Source of the DNA: Eledone cirrhosa
Lineage: Eukaryota
Reading direction: 5' to 3'
Assembly (NCBI GenBank): GCA_964016885.1
Contig: OZ024741.1
Location: forward strand, 285,758,001 to 285,822,000
Length of the DNA stretch: 64,000 nucleotides
Shown here piece by piece: positions 14,980-29,724 of this stretch (positions are counted from its first letter, which is position 1; each line of letters opens with the position of its first letter). Position numbers and translations under genes: made by a program. A model generated the notes under the pieces. The model was not told the origin of the DNA, searched no databases, and saw only the letters and a list, made by a program, of their open reading frames with translations.

Positions 14980-15109
14980 CGAAAGAAATGTGGTAAGGAA
15001 CCAGGTGGACCACAACGCACCAAAGTACTCAATACTTAGGGTAGTAGAATTGGTCCAGAATTAGCCGTCGAAACGGCTTGAGCTCAGCCGTCGGTCTCTT
15101 ACTGGTTCC

Positions 15110-15226
<117 letters not shown>

Positions 15227-15712
15227 TCTTTATTGTATTAATCTCCCGTGAATCTCCGTGAATATATATATATATATGAATCTTTATTTGTATTAATTTC
15301 CCGTGTCTTACAATTAACTTGTTAATAATTTCTATTGACAGGTTAATTGTATAAGTTTATTTTAAACAACTCGGTTGAGAACTTATTCGATTTGTGCTAC
15401 TTATGCTATTTTTCGCATTATTTACACTAACCGAATTACTTTGCCAAAATCTGGGGTTATTCCCCTTGTGATTTCCACACGTGGTTTAACTTACCATCGT
15501 GTTATTCACCTATTTGGTACAGAGCGAAATACCTGTTGATAACGTGATATTCTTTGTCTGATCGTTATACACAAAGCTTATATTTTTAAGCAGACTGTAT
15601 TTTGATTTAGGTGTCACAGAAACTCTACATCGGATTTTAACAGCAATTCCGGGAGTCTAGGTCTGGTTGTCCCTTATTTGTTATCATTTATTTTGTTTTG
15701 ACCTGTTTAGCG

Positions 15713-15918
15713 TGATTTTGTTTTTGGCTTGGGTGGTTAATGCCTTCTTGACCACCTTTCCAGGTTTGTATGGCTTCTTAACACATTGTTTAGCTCTAGT
15801 TTTGAGCACTTTGAGCTTGATTTGGTTTTTGGCTTGGATGGTTAATACCTTCTTGACCACCTTTTCAGTTTTGTATGGCTTCTTAACACATTGTTTAGCT
15901 CTAGTTTTGAGCACTTTG
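15713..15918. repeat. ~105-bp tandem duplication
   Basis: ttgtatggcttcttaacacattgtttagctctagttttgagcactttg occurs twice, 105 nt apart. Confidence 0.85.
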
Positions 15919-16349
15919 CCAGTATCATTTCTGATTTTTGCGTTTCGCTTCGCTTTTCCTGCCCGTCGAAAATGCGATTCTCGCTGAATCTTTATTTATA
16001 TATATATATATATATTGAGAATATGTTGGTTGTGTATATATACATATGGAATGCACCTGACCCTGTGTTTGTGCGTGTGTGCTTGCAACGATGTGCGTTG
16101 ACATACACGCATATGTACTTTATCCCGAAAAAGGAACTGTAGTCCTTTGCATTTCCGGATTTTGACACTCAGGTTTTGGTGTTTTACACTCCACTTTTGT
16201 CTCATTTGCTCTTAAAACGCACCACTCGATGATAGTGTAAAAATTGTAATTCTTTACACTTCTCGATTCTGACACACAGTTAATACTTTCCAAATCTTTC
16301 AAATTTTGATATTGGTTATAACACACACGCATTTTATTTATTTATTTGT

Positions 16350-16853
16350 TTGGCACCCCCACCACGTGAAATGGTGGCAGGATGTATGCCAACGCCCACA
16401 CAGAAATTCTTCTGAACATAGTAGCAGCAAACCAAAGCTGACCTTCCGGCTGACCCATTAACAACACTACCACTACCAACACAATGGAGGAGGTCAACTG
16501 TACTTAAACAAAAACAACTACAACAGATTGTCTTGCCTCAGAAAAAAATTCTATAGACCTTTGACTGAGGAATGTTCTCACAACTGACCAATGGGAGGAG
16601 AGAGTGTCCTATGTCGCCGTAATTCGTTTGTTCTAATTCATATGATTCCATTTCCTGAGAAATAATAACGCAACCAGAAGCTGGACATATCGGAGTATCG
16701 ACGGAGTAAAACACACTTAAACAACATGTGTACCTGTCTCTACCACACCAATTCGGACTGCCTGAAGACGTCACAGCCAATGATGGCTGTCACCGAAATA
16801 TATATAGCAGTATATCTATAATTTATAATAAACGAAGCCAAATTTTACTTAAT

Positions 16854-16855
<2 letters not shown>
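16350..16855 (+). mobile_element. 3'-end fragment of the same PLE family as 48529-51290
   Basis: Collinear similarity to 50640-51270 (attctatagac..gactgaggaatg..ctgaccaatggga; ttcatatgattcca; HHR); ends in (TA)n. Confidence 0.8.
16757..16811 (+). ncRNA. Minimal type I hammerhead ribozyme (family A)
   Basis: actgc-CTGAAGA-cgtcacagcca.atga.tggctgtcacc-GAAA-tatata-TA-gcagt. Confidence 0.88.
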
Positions 16856-16885
<30 letters not shown>

Positions 16886-16917
16886 CTTTGGATTTTAGTC
16901 TTCACATTTATTATTAT

Positions 16918-16956
<39 letters not shown>

Positions 16957-16964
<8 letters not shown>

Positions 16965-17513
16965 TAAAAAAATAATGAATAAAACAATGAAACAGTTCCT
17001 TATATTAAACAAAAAAAGTTCATTATTTAACGATCGTTTCTAGGATATATATGTGTTAGAATTGGCATGCATATTCAACAGATCTATGTACAAAATTATA
17101 CAAAATTATACAAACTATCAAAATTAAATATACATACCAAACACATATATATGCCGTCTTCAGAAATAATTCTGAAGACGGCATATATATGTGTTTGGTA
17201 TGTATATTTAATTTTGATAGTTTGTATAATTTTGTATAATTTTGTACATAGATCTGTTGAATATGCATGCCAATTCTAACACGTATATATCCTAGAAACG
17301 ATCGTTAAATAATGAACTTTTTTTGTTTAATAATATAAGGAACTGTTTCATTGTTTTATTCATTATTTTTTTAATATTTTATCTTGACTCTGTATTCCGT
17401 TTATCTTTCACCGAAAGTGATTTTTCATTGCATCTCTTCTTTCCATGATATCCGGATTACATTGAGTTCTTCATACGGATTGGACACTACCGTAAACTCT
17501 TGGTAGATTTATC

Positions 17514-17515
<2 letters not shown>
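16957..17515. mobile_element. Fold-back non-autonomous HHR element, family B copy 1
   Basis: ~210 bp near-perfect inverted arms centred at ~17167, plus a ~135 bp unique tail; flanked by (TA)n. Each arm has CTGAAGA...GAAAcgatcgTT; the minus-strand arm has a complete stem I (attattt/aaataat). Confidence 0.85.
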
Positions 17516-17597
<82 letters not shown>

Positions 17598-17682
17598 GAA
17601 AAATTGAACAGGGACAGAACAGAGAGGCAGTACGATAAATGTTTATTAAATTCACGCTCAGGAGAGTGGGGGGTAGGTGGAG

Positions 17683-17718
17683 GACGACGTTTCGGGCATA
17701 AGCCCTTCTTCAGGTGAG
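17683..17718 (-). ncRNA. Hammerhead core with weak stem I
   Basis: CTGAAGA-agggc.ttat.gccc-GAAA-cg-TC; only 2 bp of stem I is evident. Confidence 0.5.
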
Positions 17719-17779
17719 AGTTCAAAAGGTGTGTAGGGGAGTGGTGGAGAGACATATAGCGAAAGGAAACGGTGCGAAT

Positions 17780-18140
17780 GAAAAATTAACAAATAAAGAC
17801 AAAAATATAATAAATAATAAATAAAAATAAAGCATGATCAAAATACAAGGAATGAGAACATTTAAAAATAAAGGCATGATCAAAATAAACTGAAATTAAA
17901 AGGAGGGTAATATATATATATATAGTAATAATAATAAATGTGAAGACTAAAATCCCAAGAGGGCTCGATAAGGATAAATATATATCAAATATATAACAAA
18001 CCCAGAGCAAATATTTATTAAAATAACAGATTAAAGCTTAAGCAAAGAATCGCTGCTTCACCCTTAACGGGATCTTTTGAAACAGTTTCCGAAGATCCCG
18101 TTAAGGGTGAAAGCAACGATTCTTTGCTTAAACTTTAATA
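17780..18140. mobile_element. Family C HHR element with head-to-head hammerheads
   Basis: Axis at ~18083; the plus arm reads agttt-CCGAAGA-tccc.gttaa.gggt-GAAA-gca..tgc-TT-aaact (18084-18134). Confidence 0.75.
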
Positions 18141-18401
18141 TATATATATATAATCATGTGTATAATCAATAAAGACCTTAATGTGAAACCTCACTTTCTT
18201 TTCAATATATACACTCTGCCTTAGCATAGAATAATGATTTTTGTACCTTTCTCAGTAAACCACAAATCTACTGAACCACCTATTATATATACATACATAT
18301 CTATATAGCATATATATAACAAGAGAGAAAGAGAGAGGAAGAGAGAGGGAGAGAGAGAGGGATAGAGTGGGAGAGAAAGAGAGATAGAAATAGATAGATA
18401 C

Positions 18402-18491
<90 letters not shown>

Positions 18492-18547
18492 GAGAGAGAG
18501 AGAGAGAGAGAGATAGAGTGAGTGAGTGAGTGAGTGAGTGAGTGAGT

Positions 18548-18615
<68 letters not shown>

Positions 18616-19267
18616 GTGAGTTTAGCGAATATAGTGAGCTAGCCCTGGAAAACATAGATGCGAATTCATGAGTTGGTAGCCTTGAAGGGAAAGGAAATGG
18701 TGATATCATATTTAGAACAATTATGTAGTGTTGGGTAGTCTAATATAGTTGAAAGTTATAATGTTGAAGGATTATTAAATTATAATATGTCGTGCTGAGT
18801 TATATGTTGTGTGAGTAGAATGTGAAAAATCGCAGTTTAGGAGAATTTTTACACCAACCTCATAGTTGTCTTTTGGAGAAGGTAAGGATTCTATAATAAA
18901 TGGTACAGATAAATTTAGAAATGGATAAAATCAGCTGCATTAATCATGCTACTTATAATGTATTATGAACCCATATATCCTGATAATGCAGTTCTGGCAT
19001 TTTAAACCTGGCGCAAACGTATTCCTCTCCATGCGTGAATACATTCACTTTATTCAAGCGGAGGAGAGAGAGCGATAGAGAGGAAATGAGAAAAGGTCAT
19101 CGACTCCTGTATCAAATTGATACTCATTTTATTGGCTTCCATATAACGAAAGGTAAAGAACCCCACCTTTATGGAATTTGAATGCAGGAAATAGACAACC
19201 GGAATGAATACTATAACGGACTCTTTAAATATATAACGAAAACAGTATTATAGTAAATGTTATATAA

Positions 19268-19445
19268 TTATTGTTTCTACTATTGGCACAAGGCCAGCAA
19301 ATAGCCAGTATATTACTGGTACTTTATTTTATCGATCTCGTAAGCAAATTTAACCTCGGTGGGATTTGAACTCAGACTGGCAACGGCCGTTTCTCTATGC
19401 GTCAAAGCATGGCGTCCGACCCTCTACCGATACTGCCAATTCAAT
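19268..19445 (-). mobile_element. SINE copy (others at 23530-23625, 31575-31745, 40350-40510, 41180-41340)
   Basis: Same SINE consensus. Confidence 0.8.
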
Positions 19446-19948
19446 AACATTTCTAGATTTCCACATTGACGCTAATGATTAATTCTATGAAGTTTAATAT
19501 AAGCAACAGCTAATGAATGTAACTGCAACTGAGACTTTTTAATTAGATATTTCCTTTGTAAATCAAAATGACTATCAGTGCTACTGTATCCCTTTGAGCT
19601 ATTGCTGAAGCTGCTGTAGAAATTGAACGACCAAGAATAGAATCTTGCCAACCATCAATTTTGACACGTTATATATGGAGTTTATGTAAACAGCAAAGCC
19701 TCATTTATTCGAGGAAGATTTAAAATCAAATATCGTTAAGGGATACTTGACAAAGTACACATGAGAAAATATGTGTAAGTCTGAATCCATGTATGACTGC
19801 AAACAAGTGTGTGTGTGTGCGTGTATTCGTCTCCGTGAGTTTGCGTGACTATACATATAAGAATATATTTCTCTAGAAAATTGTAAAAATTAGTACATAA
19901 TTTATTGCCGTCTTTATATACATATAATTATACAAATATATGTAGCAA

Positions 19949-20014
<66 letters not shown>

Positions 20015-20110
20015 ATGCACGAATATATATATTCGCGAACGAATTAATATACACGCATCATATGATTTTCACTTCATCTTTATCTCTATTGTTCGTTATT
20101 CATTATTTTG

Positions 20111-20202
<92 letters not shown>

Positions 20203-20640
20203 AGAAGGCGAGAGAAGAGGAGAGATAAAGAAAAGGCAAAAGAAGTATTTCGTGACAGACGTTCAGAATAAAAGATAGACCTATTTATACATAAAGAAAA
20301 TGCCGTTTTGTCTTGGAAGCTGGTATCATGCAGGTGGTGTTATTTTACGTTGAGGCATATAAAGTTTCTCTCCGACATTCTCTGAAGTTCCATTGGATCC
20401 CTTGATAATGTGTGTTATACACGAAATCTATTGGGACTAATACATATTTCCAAGGTAACATTATGCCGATTCTTTTTCTTCTTTTTTCCACTCAATGCCA
20501 TCTTTCTCATTCCTCGCCCAATTTTGTTATCCTAATATTTACAACCACAACTGCATTAAATTACTCTTTAAGACATTACCACATTTCTTATCATACAATA
20601 CTTCATACAAAGCAGCGAACTCTCCTGTATATATATATAT

Positions 20641-20777
20641 AGTGGTTACACAACAGTTAGTTCACCATACGAGAACAATTGTTTCACCTTAGCGGATCCT
20701 TAGCGGATTCCGAGTTGAGAATCTGCTAAGGTGAAACAATTGTTCTCGGTATGGTGAACTAACTGTTGTGTAACCAC

Positions 20778-20779
<2 letters not shown>
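20641..20779. mobile_element. Short fold-back element in (TA)n with HHR 3' half in each arm (single-arm relative at 12790-12852)
   Basis: ~57 bp arms, each containing GAAAcaattgTTC; no CUGA core remains. Confidence 0.72.
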
Positions 20780-20847
<68 letters not shown>

Positions 20848-20861
20848 ATACAATATAGGGG

Positions 20862-20918
<57 letters not shown>

Positions 20919-20929
20919 TGTGTGTGTGT

Positions 20930-21038
<109 letters not shown>

Positions 21039-21536
21039 TGTATGTTTATGTATGCATGCATTTTGAATATGTCAACGTTCTATATTGGATACATGATGAC
21101 CTGGAACACATTATAGAAAAATTAAATGTTAATTTAAATAATTCAGATACTCGTAATGGTCAACCAGGGATTGTTTTTATGGAAGCCAGTGATTGATTTT
21201 GTAATATACACACATAAATAAAGAAAAGAAAGTGAAACATTATTGGCAGTTTCACAGTTCTTGTCACTTACCAAACTTTCTCTTTCAAAATTGACTTAAT
21301 TAAAATGGAACTTGGCAATTTCTGTCCTTAAGCAATAGAACAGGTCACTGGGCTAATTATGACATGATTCAAGCATTAATATTGATGTCTGGATAAGAGA
21401 AAAATAATCGTTTTTTTATTTCTTTTACACGGACATTGCCACACAAACAAGTCAATATGAGAATACGATTAATAGTTAATTTTATGGTTGTTCGTTGTCG
21501 TTGTTTGAGCTTTAATTTGCCAGGTTCGTAGCGTCT

Positions 21537-21657
21537 CAGAATACTCTGTTGCTGTCCCAGAATACACTGCTGCTGCCCCAGAATACTCTGATAATTTCCC
21601 AGAATACACTGTTGCTGCCTCAGAATAGACTGTTACGTTTTCAGAATACACTGCTGC
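21537..21657. repeat. 21-bp minisatellite, ~6 units (cagaatacactgttgctgccc)
   Basis: cagaata recurs every 21 nt. Confidence 0.85.
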
Positions 21658-22225
21658 TCATTCAATTGAGATGGTAGATGTTTTTCTCAGTCCAAACAGT
21701 TAGTCTTCCTTCTTCAGTGACACAGCTGTTGATAATGGAAGAAAGAAGTCTTCATTTCCCAAAGTAGAGTTAGGAAACATAATAAAAACAAACAAACGAA
21801 ATAAATTTACTGTATAGAATTTAAATATATATTTTGCCAGCAACCTTTTGGAAAGATATTAGATATTTGTTAAAGAAAATATAATGTCGTTTTGAAGAAA
21901 AGTATAATAAAGAAGCAACAAAAATTATATAAGAACAACTTCTATCTTTGTTTAGGTGTCCCCAGTTTACGGGGGATTATAGTTGATAAAGTCGATCACA
22001 GATAGTTGGTTATGAATCCCTATATTCTCACAGACAGCATGTAATACAATCATTGTTGATTTTGATGAAAGCAGATCGCAGAAATTAAAAGGACGAAAAT
22101 TATGAAATATAATGTACTTTTCAGCGCTTTATCCTTTCTGTCACGCTATCACTTGCAATTAATAACGTAGTGCGAAAATTATATTCAATTGAATATAGGA
22201 CAATTATATATATATATATATATAT

Positions 22226-22272
<47 letters not shown>

Positions 22273-22684
22273 TTGATAGACAGAGATAGTTAGTTAGCAA
22301 GGCAAGAATAACAGGTACACAGACAAACTTTCACATACATAGAAATATTGAATATATGCATGAAATACACATAATATGAAACAGTTTTATAATGTATATA
22401 CTTGTAATTGGTGCTAACGTGTGAATATTTATATGATAATTAACAATTTTCAAGGGCTGTCTAGTAAAACATTAGCTGTGTTCAAGAGTAATTCTTTCCT
22501 TGACAACTCATATGTAGTACATGAAAACATTGGTATGAAGTGAGTGCAGAAATGTGCGCTCTACCGACGCATCTTAGCGTAAGGTGTTTCTTGGGAGCAC
22601 ACACACACACACACAAACATACATATAAACACACACAAACACACATGAACACACACACACGTACCCACATACACACACACACAC

Positions 22685-22999
<315 letters not shown>

Positions 23000-23280
23000 A
23001 CGCATCGCCAGCTATCTTAGCTGAGAACAGACTTCCTGGTGACGAAACGGCTTCTCCAAGCTTTCCTTTTGGAAACCATGTTTATTCCCTTTCAGAAACT
23101 AATTAGTTGCAGTGAAATTTTAGTAAGTAAGTTAATTTTTATAATTTTCTTATTTTACGTCATTCATATAATTGTTCTGCATCCCCTTGCATTGAACCAC
23201 AAAGTTACTAAGACAAAACCTATATATATTTGCTAGCATAGGTATGCATCTGTATATATATGTTGGTAGATATACTAATT

Positions 23281-23328
<48 letters not shown>

Positions 23329-24234
23329 CAAAGGAATTATGGTAAGCAACCAGATGGACCATAACGCATCAGAGTATTCAATACTTAGGGTAGTAGAGTG
23401 GGAAATAAGAAAAAGTATCATCCCGACGGCAGAGCTCAAGCCTTTATACAGTTAGGTATATTTGAAAAAAAGGAAAAGAATGACTTCACTTGTAGTTCTA
23501 AATAATTTGATTTAATTTTATATTATAATAATTGTTTCTACTTTTGGCACAAGGCCAGCAATTATCCCAGTGTATTACTGGTACTTTATTTTATCGACCC
23601 CGAAAGGATGAAAGGCAAAGTTAATGAGTTGGTAGATCTACCAACTCATATTATTGTAATATTATAAAATTAAATAAAATTATTTAGTATATATATATAT
23701 ATATATATAGGTAAAAGAGTCGGGACCCCGATGGCTGAGCTAGCTGTCAGAATGGCCGGAGCTCAGCTGTCGGGGTCCTGAATATTTTCATATTACCCAC
23801 TCTACTATCCTAGGTATCGAGTACTCTGGTGCGTCATGGTCCAACTGGTTCCTTACCACACTTTCGTTGTTATATATTTATATATATATATATATATTCA
23901 TTTATTATGGCTAAATAGTGTGTCTTGTTACATTAGAGATTCTCCTGCTTGCTGACATATATAGGGGGGAGGGGCAATTTTGAGTGTGTACATGCATATG
24001 TGTCTGTGTCTGCTCTCCTATATGCCCACTAACTTAGTATTTTGACAAAAAAGAATCGATAACATATGTAATGGACATCTTATAATTGAATAAATTATTT
24101 GAAAGCGGTAACCCATTATACACACACATATATTTAATATAAACATATATACATATATATATATGTCTGTGGTGGGTTCATATATGCATGCATATATATA
24201 TCTCTATACATATATGTGTGAGTGTGTGTGTGTT

Positions 24235-24306
<72 letters not shown>

Positions 24307-24455
24307 TATGTATATGTTTATATAGATAAATAAATAAATGAATATATATATATACAAAGATCGGAATTAAGAGTATTCCGCAGTTCACTGTAATAATAAT
24401 AATAGTATTAGCTCAAAGAAGAATAGAGAATTTCCTTCTGAGCTCAAATGCACGT

Positions 24456-24843
24456 ATATATTACACAAAGAGAAGTGTGTTACACAGTGAGATGTGTGTA
24501 AAGAATTATTACAAGTGATTTTACCGTTACTGTATAGAGAACAATCTCTCTATCCATGAGGTTAGATGTATAGTGTTCAGTGCTCGCATTTGCTGACTGA
24601 GGATCCTGTGACCTGATACTGCACATATAAGTGGTGAAACGAAACGAGATTCGTATCAGCAAAATATAGTTATAAGGTTTGTGATTTAAAACTCTAATCC
24701 AGAGATTTGATTCTGAATTAGTTTTTTTCTATTTAATTGCTAACCTGTAGATATTGTTCTCTATACAGTAACGGTAAAATCACTTGTAATAATTCTTTAC
24801 ACACATCTCACTGTGTAACACACTTCTCTTTGTGTAATATATA
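24456..24843 (+). mobile_element. MITE-like element with ~90 bp terminal inverted repeats and an internal hammerhead
   Basis: 24456-24545 is the reverse complement of 24753-24843; TA-rich flanks. Confidence 0.85.
24589..24663 (+). ncRNA. Type I hammerhead ribozyme
   Basis: tttgctga-CTGAGGA-tcc..ggt-GAAA-cgaa.acgaga.ttcg-TA-tcagcaaa: 8-bp stem I, 5-bp stem III, canonical core. Confidence 0.88.
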
Positions 24844-24892
<49 letters not shown>

Positions 24893-24937
24893 GTATATGT
24901 ATATATATATATATACAAATATATATGTATATGTATA

Positions 24938-25008
<71 letters not shown>

Positions 25009-25981
25009 ATATGCATATCTCTGTGTGAATGTGTCCTTTTATCGCATTGCTATGTACATGAGGTATATGCAATATAACTTATAACTTAGAATATCTGCAA
25101 AATTATCGACCGTCAGATTTATAAAGGCAGTCTTTGCATAAACAGAAGCTAAATAAATGATATAACGTAAAATAAAAGCAACTTAGTCGCTATACCGAAG
25201 GCAGATGAGAACAGAAATGAATTATTCTGTTAATAGAAAGGAAGATAATACATTTAGAATAGATAGCCAGTGGAAGTAAGAGGTGAAAACCAATTGGAGG
25301 TGACTAGGAAAGACAGAATGAAGAAAGTAAAACTAAAAATCGATGCTAGCAGAGAATATCCCAAGTTTCAAAGACAAATAAAGTATTCACTAAATAGTCT
25401 TGGCGCAGAGTAAATCACGTGGTCTATATCTTATGTGATATTGGTGCAGAGTTGATCACGTGTGCCGGTGTCTTTTTCTGAAATTTGGCGCATAAGAGGT
25501 CACGTGGTCAGAGTTGTATAATAGAGGCCGTTCGTGAGGTGAACAGTAATATTGTTGCGAGCATTACGGAAAATCACGAATATCCTACGCCCTTTTTAAC
25601 ACACGTTCACTAACTAAGATATACACACAAACTCAAACACACACATAATTATACATACTTATATGCACGGACAAAACAGACACACAACCACACATACACA
25701 CACACACACTTACAGGTTCATGCATACATATTTTCACTGAACATTAGACACACCAGCATATATAACATTATAAAGAACGTAATTACAGTTATATACACAT
25801 TCATATATATACATTCCATCGTGTATTTTTATATGTATATTAACAGAGTCGAATACACATATCCACATGCGTATAATGATAAAGTAATATCATCATAAAA
25901 ACCGATGCATATACAGACACACATACAGACAACTTTCTTATAGGCGCTTCCTCTTGAACTAACTATTCTTTAGGGATTACC

Positions 25982-26565
<584 letters not shown>

Positions 26566-26566
26566 G

Positions 26567-26678
<112 letters not shown>

Positions 26679-26754
26679 CTAAATGCAAAACGTGTTATCT
26701 TCAATTCGGTATTCATGCCAACTCTTACCTAATGTTATGAATCTTGGATAATTA

Positions 26755-27085
26755 TAGAAAAAAGAATACGATCGCGAATAAAAGCGGCTGAAATTGCGTT
26801 CCTCCGGTGGAACGTTACTTGCTATTGCTAGAGTGCGTAGCTCGGAGATCACGTAGTCGCTATTTCTCAGAATGAAGAGATCATAGCTCCGATAGAGGTT
26901 AGAATGTCACAGGAAAGATTAGGTGGATAAGTTTGACTAGGAAAACCAATCGGCAGGAGACCCGAGCATGATGGCTTCATATCATCCATGAGATTGGCTG
27001 CTCTTGCTTGGGGATCCAGTGTGATGAACTAGAGGAAGCTTCTTCACACAGGAACCGCTGGAAGGAGGACCTGAGGAAGAAGATA
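26755..27085 (+). mobile_element. RTE-clade LINE 3' fragment
   Basis: IRSRIKAAEIAFLR...RMSQERL...KPIGRRP...LGIQ...RNRWK. Confidence 0.65.
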
Positions 27086-27144
27086 TTTATCATTATCGGT
27101 TTCCCTTTTTGTACTCCTATGTTTAATGAACCTTTATTTTACTT

Positions 27145-27175
<31 letters not shown>

Positions 27176-27351
27176 ACACACGCACATACACACACATATT
27201 CTAGAGGTTCTTCTTTGGCTCTCCTGTTTATCATATAATTGTGACCCATCTATATTATATTTCTAGCCGCTTTCTTAAAGTATATTGTCTCCTCTGTACC
27301 AATATATTCCAATAATTGAAATGTCTTAGTCAATTAGTCAATGTTTAATTA

Positions 27352-29101
27352 CACCATGTAACAAAAACATTTTTTTTCTCTGTTCCTGGCTTGTAATCAC
27401 TTTTTTGTGTTGCTTAGGTCCCAAATAAATAAAAAAAAGTGCTATTAAACAGTTAAAAGTTTGGGTTTGTAAAAAGTCTAAGCTGTTCACTAGAATTATT
27501 TGTATACTGGATTTTACGTTCTATGTGAGTTTAATTTGCTTATGTTAAATGGTTTTTTTTTTATATATGTTTCAGGTTAAATTAAAATTATAAAATAAAG
27601 AGTAATACCTAAAGAAGATTATAAAGTGCAATAAAGTATAAAATTGTTAAAAAGTTGATTAAAGAGATTTATTGATACTGGATTTTTGCACCCTGAATAA
27701 AGGGTAAGTTGTGTTTTAAGCATTCGTCTCCAGGATGAAGCAGTGGAACTTGATCAAGGAGGAAGTGCAGGTGACAAGTCAGAGAAGTCGATACGAACGT
27801 TTCTCAGGCTTTTCCACTCTTAGGGATGGCCTCTGCTTCTGCCATGACGTGCCTGGACGGTTTGACGTTATGGGGTGCGGTTTGTGCCCAAGGAGTAACG
27901 GCTATTTATAGACAGCTCCACCACAAGTTTGAAGGCTGTCCTCCTCTATAATGGAAACAAGTACCCGACACTGCCTCTAGCTCATTCAGTCTGCCCGAAG
28001 GAAGATTACTACAGTGTGAAAGTCCTCTTGGAAGCTCTACAATACAACCAGTACAATTGGGAAATCATTGGAGATTTCAAGATGGCGGCTTTCCTGCTTG
28101 GACTCCAAGGAGGCTTTATCACATTCCAATGCTTCCTCTGCCTTTGGGACAGCAGAGCCACCTCTGACCACTACTAAAGAAAGAACTGGGAGCAGCGAAC
28201 AGAATTTGTAGTTGGCACCCGGAACGTCATGTGGGAGCCACTAGTTGATCCCAGGATTGTGCTCATGCCGCCACTGCACATTAAGTTGGGGTTGATGAAG
28301 CATTTTGTGAAGGCTCTCAACCAAGAATCAGCCGCTTTTAAGTACCTTTTTGAGTTCTTCTCCAAGATATCTGAGGCGAAAATCAAAGGTGGAATTTTTG
28401 TTGGACCTCAGATAAAGAAGGTCTTTGAGTTTGAATCTACCGGGTTCTCCAATAAGCTCAATAATATTGAGAGAACAGCATGGAACTGTTTCAAGGCAGT
28501 TGTTAAGGGCTTCCTGGGCAACTACAGAGCTGAAAACTACCAGCAACTGGTGCAGGATCTGATAAAGGCTTTTGGCGCCATGGGATGCAGGATGTCGCTT
28601 AAACTCCATATACTGGACGCTCACCTGGAAAAGTTCAAGGACAATATGGGCGCCTACTCAGAAGAACAATGCGAACGATTCCACCAAGATGTGAAAGAGA
28701 TAGAACGTAGGTACCAGGGCCACTACAATGAAAAAATGATAGGAGACTATATCTGGGGGCAAGTGCGGGAATGCGACCTGGACTACAACAGCAAATCCAG
28801 GAAATCCAGTCATTTCTGACGTGTATAAGTTGCTTTATAACTATTATTTGTTTTTACTTGTTTGCTTTTGATAAGCTTGTGTAATAAAATAAATATATAC
28901 TTTGTTGATTTAATTATATGAACTGATAATTTTTTTTTAAATGTGTTTTCTCTTGAAAAATATGAAAATTTCGAAATATCAAACTCCTGACCACAAACCC
29001 AAACTTATGATTAAATAATAGTGTTTTTTTTTTATAATAATGGGATATAACAAACCATGAAATGACACTTAGAACCGGGGAACAAAAAATGTTACACGGT
29101 G
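27352..29101 (+). mobile_element. Chapaev3-type (CMC superfamily) DNA transposon, internally deleted
   Basis: Termini CACCATGTAACA...TGTTACACGGTG, imperfect ~120 bp TIRs, and a TTA target duplication (27349-27351 / 29102-29104). Confidence 0.85.
27790..28819 (+). pseudogene. Chapaev3 transposase C-terminal part (in-frame stops, N-terminus missing)
   Basis: LFIDSS..SLKAVLLYNGN, WEIIGDFKM, CFLCLWDSRA, PPLHIKLGLMKHFVKAL, GCRMSLKLH, SEEQCERFHQD. Confidence 0.85.
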
Positions 29102-29690
29102 TTATAGATATATTTATTACTGCTTTATACTTCAATAAATGTTAACTTACTTTTAGTATATTTAACTTTCTTTTAGTGATATCTCTATAACTTCCCTTAA
29201 GCTTTATAATTCCCATTACTATAAATCTCGATCTATGTTAGGTTATGTCATCCTTTTTAACGATATATTATTGTTAGTGTAATATATATAGTTAGTATAC
29301 CATTTATAAATTTCAATAACTATTTTAGGCTTCCATAATGGTAACGTTTTCCCGACAATATTCAAATATTATTATTTACATCTTCCCATTTCCTTTACCC
29401 CCACTGGGGCGTTAACACATGTGAGCTAAATATTTGTATTTAATTGATTCCGATGAGCTATACTTGCAGGAATAGTCTCGTTAGTCAAGTAGTTCGTAAA
29501 TCTGTTAAACGGTTCAACAATAATCCTTGATTATACTTTCGTTATATATATATACTTATTATTGATATTTGAATGTATATAATTTTATTTATTTGATTTC
29601 TTACACCATAGTTATGATGAAAAATCTAAGCAAGCAACGAACAACTTTAAAAAGCGTGTGTGCATATTATGTGAATGTGTGTGTGTGTGT

Positions 29691-29724
<34 letters not shown>

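Noticed and set aside
15684-15914. Histone H1 gene
   Set aside because: No globular winged-helix domain; only a Lys-rich duplication.
17056-17279. Near-identical ORFs on both strands (also 51541-51767)
   Set aside because: A consequence of the palindrome; no protein motifs.
21469-21657. CRISPR-like or coding 7-aa repeat
   Set aside because: Contiguous 21-bp minisatellite without spacers; stop codon in the plus frame; eukaryotic context.
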